A stretch of DNA of 64,000 nucleotides from an uncultured Acidobacteriaceae bacterium (GTDB taxonomy: Bacteria > Acidobacteriota > Terriglobia > Terriglobales > Acidobacteriaceae): positions 8,469-72,468 of the forward strand of contig CAVYVX010000016.1 in the NCBI GenBank assembly GCA_963772155.1, written 5' to 3'. Made by a program: the position numbers and the translations under genes. Positions 1 through 8,213 of the stretch are shown in pieces (the first letter of the stretch is position 1; each line of letters starts with the position of its first letter). Below the pieces are notes generated by a model. That model searched no databases and had not been told where the DNA came from. It saw nothing but the letters and a program-made list of their open reading frames with translations.

Positions 1-150
1 GGTCTCGCCCGCGGCGGTCTTGTCGCCTTTTTCCAGGCTCTCGCGCAGGCCCCGCAGAGCCGTGCGCAGTTCGGAAGCGTTGGCCCGGTTGCGGACGGTC
101 CGCTTCTCGGTCTGTCGGGCGCGTTTCAGCGCCGAAAAATGATTTGCCAT
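1..150 (-). CDS. rpsT: 30S ribosomal protein S20, N-terminal 50 codons (gene runs off the window start)
   Basis: Own reverse-complement translation from the ATG at 148-150: [50 protein letters not shown], a typical S20 N-terminus. Absent from the ORF track because it is truncated. Confidence 0.85.
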   Translation of the reverse strand, partial: MANHFSALKRARQTEKRTVRNRANASELRTALRGLRESLEKGDKTAAGET

Positions 151-413
151 GCGGCTTGATTACCTTTTTTACCCTGGATTGCGCCAGGAGGATATTCCGG
201 TAGGAACCGAAACTGTATTCTACGGGAGCAGGTCGCATCGGGTCAAATAGATATAGATTCGCCCAGCCCGCTCGAACGCCTGAATGTACTCATCAACTCT
301 TCCACCCCAATCGTCGTGATGGAGACGGTCGAAGAAGTCCGCGGGCTTTCACTGGTACGTGCGGCTTGCCTCCAAGTGCGTAGTGATCCGGCGCCATCGC
401 CCAGCACCGGGGA

Positions 414-905
414 TTACCGGTGCGCAAGCAGAACGCGCACCAGGATCGCATTATCCACGCGCACGATCAGCCTCGAAAATTTTTCCTTGCCAACATTTTG
501 CATGGCCTCGTAGCGCGGGTTGAGCGCTTCCACGTTCACGCGCAGCGGCGTCTTGGCGTCCTTGGGCACATCGAAGCTCACGCGGATGTCGGGCTGCCCG
601 TCGCCATCCACGTCCACCACGTCAGAAACGTGGGGTGGCAGCGCGCTCACCGGTTTCCAATCAAGCTGCACGAATGGCTTTTCGAGTTGCAGCATGTGTG
701 GCGATACCGGCCGGTGAATGCCGATGGTGTAGCCGGCGGCCTGGATCGTGCGCACCGTCGGTCCGCCGGAGAACACCTCGTCCACGTGCAGTCCCAGGCT
801 GGCAAACCCTTTTGTGAACGCTCCCATCAGCAGAAAAGGTACCAGCACTGCCGCGAACACGGTCATTCCCGCTGCCGTGTAGCCCAGTTTTGCGGGTATT
901 GTCAT
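414..905 (-). CDS. hypothetical protein with one N-terminal TM anchor
   Basis: ATG at 903-905. Hydrophobic stretch AAGMTVFAAVLVPFLLMGAF. Lies 24 nt downstream of the polyferredoxin gene on the same strand. No family recognised. Confidence 0.45.
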   Translation of the reverse strand: MTIPAKLGYTAAGMTVFAAVLVPFLLMGAFTKGFASLGLHVDEVFSGGPTVRTIQAAGYTIGIHRPVSPHMLQLEKPFVQLDWKPVSALPPHVSDVVDVDGDGQPDIRVSFDVPKDAKTPLRVNVEALNPRYEAMQNVGKEKFSRLIVRVDNAILVRVLLAHR

Positions 906-929
906 TCGCCCCTCCTAGCCGCGCTCCAA

Positions 930-2102
930 TCAAATGAAGACATGCAAAATGGTCGCAAGGCCCTGCACAATGATGCTGCCGCCGAACATAATGGCCATAC
1001 CCCAGGCACCGTACAGCAGCAGCAGTCGCGCGCGTTCCGGATGGCTTGCGACTTCCGTCCCTTTGATGTGCCACACGGCAGCGTCTTTCGGACAAACATC
1101 CACGCACGCGCCGCACTTCATGCATGACATCAGGGTCTCGCCCTGCGCGATGGATTCGTCCGTCAGGGACATGGTCGGGCAAGCGGTCTTACAGAGTACG
1201 CAGGGCGAGCAGCGCGTCTTGTCGATCTTCACGTCGAACACGCTCGTCTTGTTGAAGATCGATTGGAACGCCCCGAACGGGCAAAAAAATGCGCACTGGG
1301 TTCTCTTCTTTGTGAGCAATGGCAGCACGATCACCAGTCCTGCAAACAACATGATAAAGATGCCGTTCTGAACCATCCCCAAAGTGTTGCGGGCCGCCAC
1401 GTATTCCGACACCGCCTTGAAGGGGCAGAGCCACATGCAGTAAACCGAATCGAACAGGGCCAGCGACAGCAGTGACATGGCCAGCAATACAGCCCATGGG
1501 CCGTAGCGCCAGCGCGTGTCAATCTTTTTCAGCTTCGCGCGCTTCGTGACCGATGCCATGCCTTCTTCTATTCCGCCGAAGAAGCACAAATAGCTGCACC
1601 AGCCCTTGCCGACCACAATCGTCATCGCCAGCCACAAACCCGCCATGGCCGCCATTCCCGCGCCCGACATGCCTCCACCAGGCAAGATCGAACCGGGGAA
1701 CACCACCGTCTTGGTGAGCGCCGCTGGCAGGATGAGCAGTGGAATCGGCAGGAAACAAAATGGCGTTCGGCCCGCGATCATCTCTTCGATCGGGATGCCC
1801 ATCGTTCCCCGCATCGCTATAACTTGGTGGATGAAGCCCACCGGGAACAGCAGTCCCATCGCCACGAAGAACCAGCGGCGCCAGCGATAGGTGGTCCGCG
1901 TCCGCATCATCATGAAAAACAGCGCAATCATGAAAACCGCGGTCATGACGATGGCGATCTGAGCGGCCGATCGGGTTGCCGAAAACGAATGCTTAAACAT
2001 GAGCAGCGACCAGAGTGCGATCGGCAAGGTCAGCAGAATCGAGTTGCCCGCACTTCGGGGCGCGGTTTGTCGTAGCTGGCGGATTCGAGCTTCAGTAGCC
2101 AT
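930..2102 (-). CDS. integral-membrane polyferredoxin (NapH/MauN/YccM-like 4Fe-4S protein)
   Basis: Membrane Cys motifs CSYLCFFGG and CPFGAFQS. Two ferredoxin motifs, CSPCVLCKTACP and CMKCGACVDVCP. ATG at 2100-2102 preceded by GGGAGAAAGG. The ORF-track start at 2117 is a TTG. Confidence 0.75.
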   Translation of the reverse strand: MATEARIRQLRQTAPRSAGNSILLTLPIALWSLLMFKHSFSATRSAAQIAIVMTAVFMIALFFMMMRTRTTYRWRRWFFVAMGLLFPVGFIHQVIAMRGTMGIPIEEMIAGRTPFCFLPIPLLILPAALTKTVVFPGSILPGGGMSGAGMAAMAGLWLAMTIVVGKGWCSYLCFFGGIEEGMASVTKRAKLKKIDTRWRYGPWAVLLAMSLLSLALFDSVYCMWLCPFKAVSEYVAARNTLGMVQNGIFIMLFAGLVIVLPLLTKKRTQCAFFCPFGAFQSIFNKTSVFDVKIDKTRCSPCVLCKTACPTMSLTDESIAQGETLMSCMKCGACVDVCPKDAAVWHIKGTEVASHPERARLLLLYGAWGMAIMFGGSIIVQGLATILHVFI

Positions 2103-2778
2103 GCACCTTTCTCCCAATCAGCATCGCCAATCCCAGATAGAAATAATAGAGGGCAATGAGAACCATCGCCATCCGTGCGACGGTGGTCACGGCCTCGTTG
2201 CGCCGGACGCAACCCAGGCTTAGAAATGGAAGAAACCACATGGAAGTTCCAACAAAAAATACCGCAAAAAAATAAAGGGCCGCGGCAATGCTTCCCAACT
2301 CAGCCGCCCTCACACCGGCGGCCACAAACGGAGGGCAAAGACTGAAGCCAGTCAGGAAGCCCAACGCCGCCGCACCGGATACGCCTCCTTTTCTCGCCAC
2401 GCCAATGGTCACAAGCTCTGAACCCGAGCACGACTGGGCACAAGCGTGCCCAACCGAGTACGCGTACCAGAGCAGCACACACGCGAGCAACACGTGAACC
2501 ACGCCAGCCATTGGCAGACGCAGTGCCGGAGGAAACGATATCAGGGTGCCGAGTTCCCAGGCCACGACGGCAAACAGCAGGTATCCAACAAAGCGCGCTC
2601 CCAGAAAGCTGCAGAGATAGCGGGTATTCAGCCGTATGCCCGCCCGCTCTGCCAGCAAAGAAGGAACTACTACGGGTCCACACGAAGCCATGCAAGCAGG
2701 TCCGGAGGCCAGCCCCAAGGCCAACGCCTCGCCGAATATGGAATACGCGGCCACCGCCCGGATCCTAACATTGCTCAC
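2092..2778 (-). CDS. polytopic membrane protein with Cys motifs (DsbD_2 / TauE-like; family uncertain)
   Basis: About six hydrophobic helices. Motifs GPACMASCGP and GFSLCPPF. Its stop overlaps the polyferredoxin start by 11 nt. Confidence 0.45.
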   Translation of the reverse strand: MSNVRIRAVAAYSIFGEALALGLASGPACMASCGPVVVPSLLAERAGIRLNTRYLCSFLGARFVGYLLFAVVAWELGTLISFPPALRLPMAGVVHVLLACVLLWYAYSVGHACAQSCSGSELVTIGVARKGGVSGAAALGFLTGFSLCPPFVAAGVRAAELGSIAAALYFFAVFFVGTSMWFLPFLSLGCVRRNEAVTTVARMAMVLIALYYFYLGLAMLIGRKVHGY

Positions 2779-2949
2779 TTCGCCCCGTCTGTGACGTGCG
2801 GACGGCTCTGGTCCAATTCCAAAGACGGCGTTCTTCTATCCCGCTCGCCGCCAGTCGCTCTCCCTCCCCATTGACTCGCCCGCCCGCGCTACGCTGAAAT
2901 CAAATGGTTGGTGCCCGCCCCGAAATCGCGCCCAGCTAAACCTCAGACT

Positions 2950-3513
2950 TCATTCCGCGATCCCCGCCGCACGTCGTGCTTCGCTCCACTGGTCCGTCAA
3001 ACCTAACTCGGCGATCCACTTTGCCAAATAGGAGTGGTCCAGCGCGTCCCATCGCGCTCTCAAGATGGCCGCTGCGTCTTCAATTTGCCGCCGCGACTGC
3101 GCCAGCTTTGCCCATTCGAGCTTCGAGATGATGACGTCCTCGGCGCTCGCGACGACGAGGTGGACGTCGTGCAGATTGACACGTTGGCGACGCCTGAATT
3201 CCTCCTGACTGAAGGCCCGCGATTTGCGGAGGATCAAATCGATCTTCCAGCCCGTTGCCAGGTCGATCACATTGAACATGGACTGACGCTTGTGGGCTTC
3301 CAGGGCCGATTCCAAGTCGGCGTAGTATTCGTTGCCCGATAGCGCCTCGACGAATACCCGCAACTGCGCGGGAGTGGCTTCGATCACGAGATCAATATCC
3401 TGTGTGGATCGCGGAGCGCCATAGTGGGCGCTGGCGAAAGAACCGGTAGAGCATGTAGCCAATGCCAGCTTGATCGAGCGCCGTGGTGATTCGTCGGAAT
3501 ACGTCCGGAACAC
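2950..3513 (-). CDS. nucleotidyltransferase-fold protein (MNT/AbiEii-like, putative TA-type module)
   Basis: GSFASAHYGAPRSTQDIDLVI matches the GS...DxD NTase signature. Sits directly downstream of a 59-aa partner ORF. Confidence 0.5.
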   Translation of the reverse strand: MFRTYSDESPRRSIKLALATCSTGSFASAHYGAPRSTQDIDLVIEATPAQLRVFVEALSGNEYYADLESALEAHKRQSMFNVIDLATGWKIDLILRKSRAFSQEEFRRRQRVNLHDVHLVVASAEDVIISKLEWAKLAQSRRQIEDAAAILRARWDALDHSYLAKWIAELGLTDQWSEARRAAGIAE

Positions 3514-3518
3514 TCATC

Positions 3519-3698
3519 TTAGTCCGGCCATAGCAGCCCGGCCGGCAACGGCGCCGGGAGGAATGCCAGCCTTAACAGTTCCCGCGCGGCCTGCGCCTCC
3601 GTCCACTCGGGATGGTCTCGCCGGATCCCCTCCTGCGCCAGCTCGCGGGCGAACAAGCTCATCTCGAACGCCAGCAGCAGTCGCTGCTCCCCCGACAT
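3519..3698 (-). CDS. small helical partner protein of the NTase
   Basis: Internal ATG at 3696-3698 gives MSGEQRLLLAFEMSLFARELAQEGIRRDHPEWTEAQAARELLRLAF... The upstream part of the track ORF overlaps mazF antisense and looks non-coding. Confidence 0.4.
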   Translation of the reverse strand: MSGEQRLLLAFEMSLFARELAQEGIRRDHPEWTEAQAARELLRLAFLPAPLPAGLLWPD

Positions 3699-3795
3699 GG
3701 CGCTCTGAATCTGAAGCTGGAGGCTTGCGCCGCCGGGCTTGTGTCGCTCATCGCCATGGGCAGATATTACCACGCTATCGCTGCAATTGCCAGAC

Positions 3796-4158
3796 TCATG
3801 TCCGCGCAAACATCTCAAGAAGCGTGGCGGAAACATCCTGCGCGGTCTTTGCCGAGACCTTTCCCAGCCTCCGCACCAATCGCTGCCGGTCCACGGCGCG
3901 GAGTTGGTCCAGCGCCACCTGCCCTTGTTTTCCCTGAAAACGTACTCCTATGCGCGTCGGGTACGGCCGCGTGACCGTGGTCATGGGAGCGATAATGACG
4001 GTCCGCAGATGCCGGTTCATTTCATCGGGAGAGACGACCAGACAAGGCCGCGTTTTCTGGATCTCGACTCCCTGCGCCGGATCGAGCGTCACCAGCCAGA
4101 CCTCGTCTTGTTGCGGTGGGCGATGTGTCGCACTGTGCGGCGCGCTTACCACCGCCAT
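3796..4158 (-). CDS. mazF: MazF/PemK family endoribonuclease toxin
   Basis: VWLVTLDPAQGVEIQKTRPCLVVSPDEMNRHLRTVIIAPMTT is a PemK-type core. Follows the AbrB-type antitoxin after a 15-nt gap. Confidence 0.8.
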   Translation of the reverse strand: MAVVSAPHSATHRPPQQDEVWLVTLDPAQGVEIQKTRPCLVVSPDEMNRHLRTVIIAPMTTVTRPYPTRIGVRFQGKQGQVALDQLRAVDRQRLVRRLGKVSAKTAQDVSATLLEMFART

Positions 4159-4173
4159 TCCTTGCGGTCGAAT

Positions 4174-4398
4174 TCATTCGCTGCCGCGCTCTCCAGCAAG
4201 AGTCTCGTCTTCTCCAGCATGGCCCGACGCGCGGAAGGCTTCGCCCCACCCTTGCCGTGCCCGCCGCTCCGGAGATACGATCAAGCGGTCGCGCTCGACC
4301 CGCACTTCGACGGTCTCGCCGAATCCGCATTGCTCGATGATTGGCTTTGGTATGCGGATGCCACGGGAATTGCCGATTTGAACCAGTTCCGTTCTCAT
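4174..4398 (-). CDS. mazE: AbrB/MazE/SpoVT-type antitoxin
   Basis: VQIGNSRGIRIPKPIIEQCGF is a swapped-hairpin SpoVT/AbrB motif. Confidence 0.8.
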   Translation of the reverse strand: MRTELVQIGNSRGIRIPKPIIEQCGFGETVEVRVERDRLIVSPERRARQGWGEAFRASGHAGEDETLAGERGSE

Positions 4399-4570
4399 GC
4401 CGGGAACACCTCTGTAATTACATTGTAACCACGGTATATTGATTTAGCAATGGCCGCCAGGATGGTGCGCTTTTGCCACAGGTGGCCGGCGCCGCCGGAA
4501 AACGGCTTCCTGTATCTGACGCCATGCAGGCTGGCAACCTTGAAACCTGACGGCGAACCCTCTACACTAA

Positions 4571-4748
4571 AGCGTGTTTCATAAATATCCATCCGGCCGG
4601 AAGGCGCGACCCTCAGGGGCTAAAGCCCGCATTTTCCTGGTCCTAAACGGCACCCTTCGGCTTCCCCCTCGACTTCGCTCGGGGCTTCGGCAAAACGGGC
4701 AGGCTCCTGAAGCCGTGCCCTACCCAAAACCAATTTATGAAACACGCT
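4571..4748. mobile_element. MITE-like element, family with GTTTCATAAAT termini
   Basis: Perfect 16-bp terminal inverted repeats: AGCGTGTTTCATAAAT (4571-4586) and ATTTATGAAACACGCT (4733-4748). The interior is built of small hairpins (GGGGCTAAAGCCC etc.). Reverse-complement homolog at 42640-42765. Confidence 0.7.
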
Positions 4749-4810
4749 GTTACAACTTTCCACCCCACCACATAATACTCGCGCCCAACAAACCGGCGCG
4801 AGGAGGGTCC

Positions 4811-7357
4811 ATGCATCGTTGCCGTTCCGGTTTTCTTCTTTGGTTGGCGATGGCGTTCGCCGCCGCCCTCACCGGCTGCCTGGGCAAGAGCAGCAACAAC
4901 TCCGGCAACGGGGCCGTCACATCCGTTTCCCTGAGCCCCACCCTTAACGCATCCATGGACGTTGGCGGCACTCTGGTTTTTACCGCCGCCGGCAAGAATG
5001 CCGCCGGCAAAGCCGTCTTCGGCGTCAACATTCAATTTGTCGTCAAGAGCGGCAGCATGGGCGCTCCGGCGCCAATATCGATCGTCAACAACGGGTCCGG
5101 CAGTGGCAGCGCCTGTGCCGGCGCCTGGGACACCGCCGGCGCCATTTGCAGTCCGGGCACTCCCGGAATCGCCATCGTGACCGCTGTCATCGACGGCGTC
5201 AGCAGCGCACCGACCACCGTCTATGTCCACCAGCACATTGACCACATTGAGATCAGCCCCATCACCCCGCAGGGTCCGCCGCAGCAGCAGTACGCCTGCT
5301 TCTCGCAAGGTAAATACTGGGACTACCAAGCCATCTCCTACAGCGAAATTGCAGGCAAAAAAGTGGACATCTCCAGCAGCGTCGGCCCCGTGAGTTGGTC
5401 GTCGACCAACGCCGGAGTGGTCACGACGACTGCCCTGTACAACTCAGACCAGCCCACCGTGCTGAACCAGGTCCAGGCCACCGCCAACACGCCCGGCATC
5501 ACCCAGCTTTACGCCAGCGTCTCCGGAGTCACCAGCAACCTCTATACGTTCACGACCTGCCCGATCCAAGCCATCTACCTCCAAATCGGGGGCCAGGACC
5601 AGGCCGGGAACTCGATCGTCGTCGACACCGGAGGCAGCGTGGACGTAACGGCCATTGCCGTCGATACGCTGTGCGGCATAGCCAATAGCACCGCCTTGAC
5701 CACAGTGCCCCTCACCTGGAGCACGACCAATCCTGAGGTGATCGCCTTCGGCAGCAGCAAAGGCACCTCGACAAGCAACTCTGCTGCCGCTGGCAGCAAT
5801 GCCGGCGGCGCCACCCTCACCGCTTCTTGTACTCCTCCAACCTGCAATATCGGGCTGCCCGGACCGACGCCATCCGGACAACTTGTACCCAGTCTCCCCA
5901 TCTACGCCAGCAACTACCAGGCCATCTCCAATCCTCCCGCCGGGACCTGCCAGTTGCCCAACATGACGCACGGCTATGGCGCGATCTCGGTTGATGTAGT
6001 ATTAGCCGCGGACGCCAAGACACCGGTCTACACCGCCTGGGCCGCGACCACCGGCTGCGCGAACGCCCCTGGCTGCGCCAGCGCGCTCTTCTCCGTGACC
6101 CCTGGTACCACTCCCATCGGCTCCACCATTCTGACCCTGCCGCGCACTCCCAATTCCATGATGTTCAACCATGGGTCGTCGCCGCGCCTTTACATCGGCA
6201 GCGATCAGGGTCTGATGTATGCGGATGTCGGCAAGCTCTCGGTCAACCTCATCTTCAACGACGCAACCTCCTGCAACGTTGTCTTGTGCGGCCAAGTGCT
6301 CACCATCTCGAACGATGGCAACCTGGTCGTCGTTTCCGACACCGTTTCCACCCCCAGCCAGGTCTACATCTACAACGGAGGCAGCACCACTGCCGCTCCC
6401 GTCGACCTCATCCTGTCGAACTCCGGCGAAACCGCCACCGCCGCCGCCTTCTCGCCCGACCAGTTGAAACTCTTCATCCTCACCAACCAGGGCAATATGT
6501 ACGTCTACTCGACGGTCGACGCGCTGGCCCCAGTTAAGCTCGCGGCGTCGGCGGCCGATGTCGAATTCTCGGCGGATGGCAGCTTCGCCTATGTCGCGGG
6601 CTCGCCCGCCGGTTCGGTGTCTGCCTATTCGACTTGCTCGACACCCAGCGAGGCAAGTGTGAACATCGCAAGTGTCGCAACCTCAAGCACGCTGCTGAAG
6701 ATTTTTCCGTCGCCTGTCATCCCGCCACCTTCAACTGCCGGTCAGGGGGGCTACTCAGGGACAACGCAGAACATCGTCGCTCTCGAACAACCGAATGCGG
6801 GCGCCAAGCAGGGCACTTCCGTCGGGATCTTGACTGCGGAGTTTACGCAGGACCCGATATCTTACAGCGATCCGCTCCAGCTCACTTGCAATACTCCGTC
6901 GGTCAGCCTCACTGCGGCCCAGTCCGTCTATCTCGGCCAGGGCACTTTTACTCCGATCTATTCGCAGCTCGTCGCCGATGGCAGCGAACTCCTCATCGTC
7001 GCCAGGAATGTCCCGACCGTGCTTCTGTTCAATGTGAACAGCGGAGCCACGACCTCCGTCCCGCTCTTGCGGCAAAACTTCGGCAGCAGCTACCCCTTCG
7101 CCGCTTCCGCCTCCACCGACGGCAGCCAGGTCTTCGTCGCCGCTTGCGATCGGTTTGAGAACAACGATCCCAACCAAGCCTGCGTCGCAGCCTCGGTGCA
7201 CATCGTCAGCACCGGCCTGGGCAGCACCGATCCAGTCGATTACCAGCAAGTCCCCTATGTCAACGTCAGCGACGCCAACGACACCAATATGTGCAACAAC
7301 GGCGGCATCTCCGCAACCCAGTGCCTCCCCAATCTAATCGCCATTGAGCCGCAGTGA
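4811..7357 (+). CDS. secreted lipoprotein with Ig-like (Big_2-type) domains and YVTN-type beta-propeller repeats
   Basis: ATG at 4811 preceded by AGGAGG. Signal peptide plus lipobox (AAALTGC). The ORF-track start at 4574 lies inside the MITE terminus. Confidence 0.7.
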   Translation: MHRCRSGFLLWLAMAFAAALTGCLGKSSNNSGNGAVTSVSLSPTLNASMDVGGTLVFTAAGKNAAGKAVFGVNIQFVVKSGSMGAPAPISIVNNGSGSGSACAGAWDTAGAICSPGTPGIAIVTAVIDGVSSAPTTVYVHQHIDHIEISPITPQGPPQQQYACFSQGKYWDYQAISYSEIAGKKVDISSSVGPVSWSSTNAGVVTTTALYNSDQPTVLNQVQATANTPGITQLYASVSGVTSNLYTFTTCPIQAIYLQIGGQDQAGNSIVVDTGGSVDVTAIAVDTLCGIANSTALTTVPLTWSTTNPEVIAFGSSKGTSTSNSAAAGSNAGGATLTASCTPPTCNIGLPGPTPSGQLVPSLPIYASNYQAISNPPAGTCQLPNMTHGYGAISVDVVLAADAKTPVYTAWAATTGCANAPGCASALFSVTPGTTPIGSTILTLPRTPNSMMFNHGSSPRLYIGSDQGLMYADVGKLSVNLIFNDATSCNVVLCGQVLTISNDGNLVVVSDTVSTPSQVYIYNGGSTTAAPVDLILSNSGETATAAAFSPDQLKLFILTNQGNMYVYSTVDALAPVKLAASAADVEFSADGSFAYVAGSPAGSVSAYSTCSTPSEASVNIASVATSSTLLKIFPSPVIPPPSTAGQGGYSGTTQNIVALEQPNAGAKQGTSVGILTAEFTQDPISYSDPLQLTCNTPSVSLTAAQSVYLGQGTFTPIYSQLVADGSELLIVARNVPTVLLFNVNSGATTSVPLLRQNFGSSYPFAASASTDGSQVFVAACDRFENNDPNQACVAASVHIVSTGLGSTDPVDYQQVPYVNVSDANDTNMCNNGGISATQCLPNLIAIEPQ

Positions 7358-7388
7358 TTAGAGTGGGACCAAAGTCGCTGTATCCCGC

Positions 7389-7417
7389 TTTGAAGGGGCG
7401 CGGCTTCAGCCGCGCCG
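7389..7417. repeat. REP-like hairpin unit TTTGAAGGGGCGCGGCTTCAGCCGCGCCG
   Basis: 7-bp stem GCGCGGC/GCCGCGC with loop TTCA. Related copies at 48041-48069 and 37081-37108. Confidence 0.7.
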
Positions 7418-7437
7418 TAAGGAGCCTATTAAGTTTT

Positions 7438-7535
7438 GTCATCCCGAGCGACCGGGGTGGGGGAGCGAGGGATCTGCAATTCGCCCGCAGCAAAATTGCA
7501 GATTCCTCGCGCCAAAACCGGGCGCTCGGAATGAC
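7438..7535. mobile_element. MITE-like element with GTCATCCCGAGCG termini
   Basis: Termini GTCATCCCGAGCG (7438-7450) and CGCTCGGAATGAC (7523-7535), 1 mismatch. Nested inner palindrome GGATCTGCAATT...AATTGCAGATTCC. A solo half-site is at 49631-49643. Confidence 0.6.
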
Positions 7536-7694
7536 AATTTTTCTCTTAATGCGTGCATCCTTCCCACTGAAGTGTCACTATAATGCGCGATCCTCAATAA
7601 GCTCCCCCTTTTTCGTTTTGGATTTTGGCTGATCGCGGCGCGTGCGAGCGGCACACCCGAAGCCGCGGCAGCGGAAGAGGGCCGCGAGCTGTCT

Positions 7695-8105
7695 CTACTC
7701 CCCGACTTGTTTCCCCACGCTGTCCAGCACGCCGTTGATAAACTGCACCGACTCGGGCGTGGAAAACTTGCGCGCAATCTCCAGCGCCTCGTTGATCACG
7801 ATCGCGTGCGGCGTCGCCGGATACCCCAGGAACTCGGCCACCGCTCCGCGCAGCACATTGCGGTCCACCGCCGCCATCCGGTCCATGCGCCAGTGTTGCG
7901 CGTGCTTCTCGATCAGCCCGTCGATCTCCGCCAGCCGGCCGCTGGCCACGCGGAACAGATCGTCGGCAAACCCGCGCGCTTCTTCCTCCACATTGCCCCG
8001 CTCGGCCCAGAACGTCTGCCGCACAAGCTCCGGCGCCTGCTTGCCCATGTCCGCCTGAAACAGCATCTGCAGGACCAGTTCGCGGGATTTGCGCCGAGTG
8101 CCCAA
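7695..8105 (-). CDS. nusB: transcription antitermination factor NusB
   Basis: SRELVLQMLFQ...LGYPATPHAIVINEALEIARKF. Classical ribH-nusB order. Confidence 0.9.
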   Translation of the reverse strand: MGTRRKSRELVLQMLFQADMGKQAPELVRQTFWAERGNVEEEARGFADDLFRVASGRLAEIDGLIEKHAQHWRMDRMAAVDRNVLRGAVAEFLGYPATPHAIVINEALEIARKFSTPESVQFINGVLDSVGKQVGE

Positions 8106-8108
8106 GAT

Positions 8109-8140
8109 CAGTTGTCAGTGGCCAGTGGCCAGTTGTCAGT
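8109..8140. repeat. heptamer tandem array (CAGTKGY x4.5)
   Basis: CAGTTGTCAGTGGCCAGTGGCCAGTTGTCAGT. An inverted partner lies at 8298-8328. Confidence 0.7.
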
Positions 8141-8213
8141 AAAACCTAGAATTCCTTTTGGCTAACACCAGTCTACAGGACAGTTGGATTGCGGACGGAC
8201 AGCGGATTGCCTG

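Noticed and set aside
4574-4810. Upstream 79 codons of the 927-aa ORF (track start at 4574)
   Set aside because: This stretch is the interior of the MITE at 4571-4748, and the start codon is a GTG inside its terminal repeat. The ATG at 4811 has an AGGAGG RBS and begins a proper lipoprotein signal peptide.
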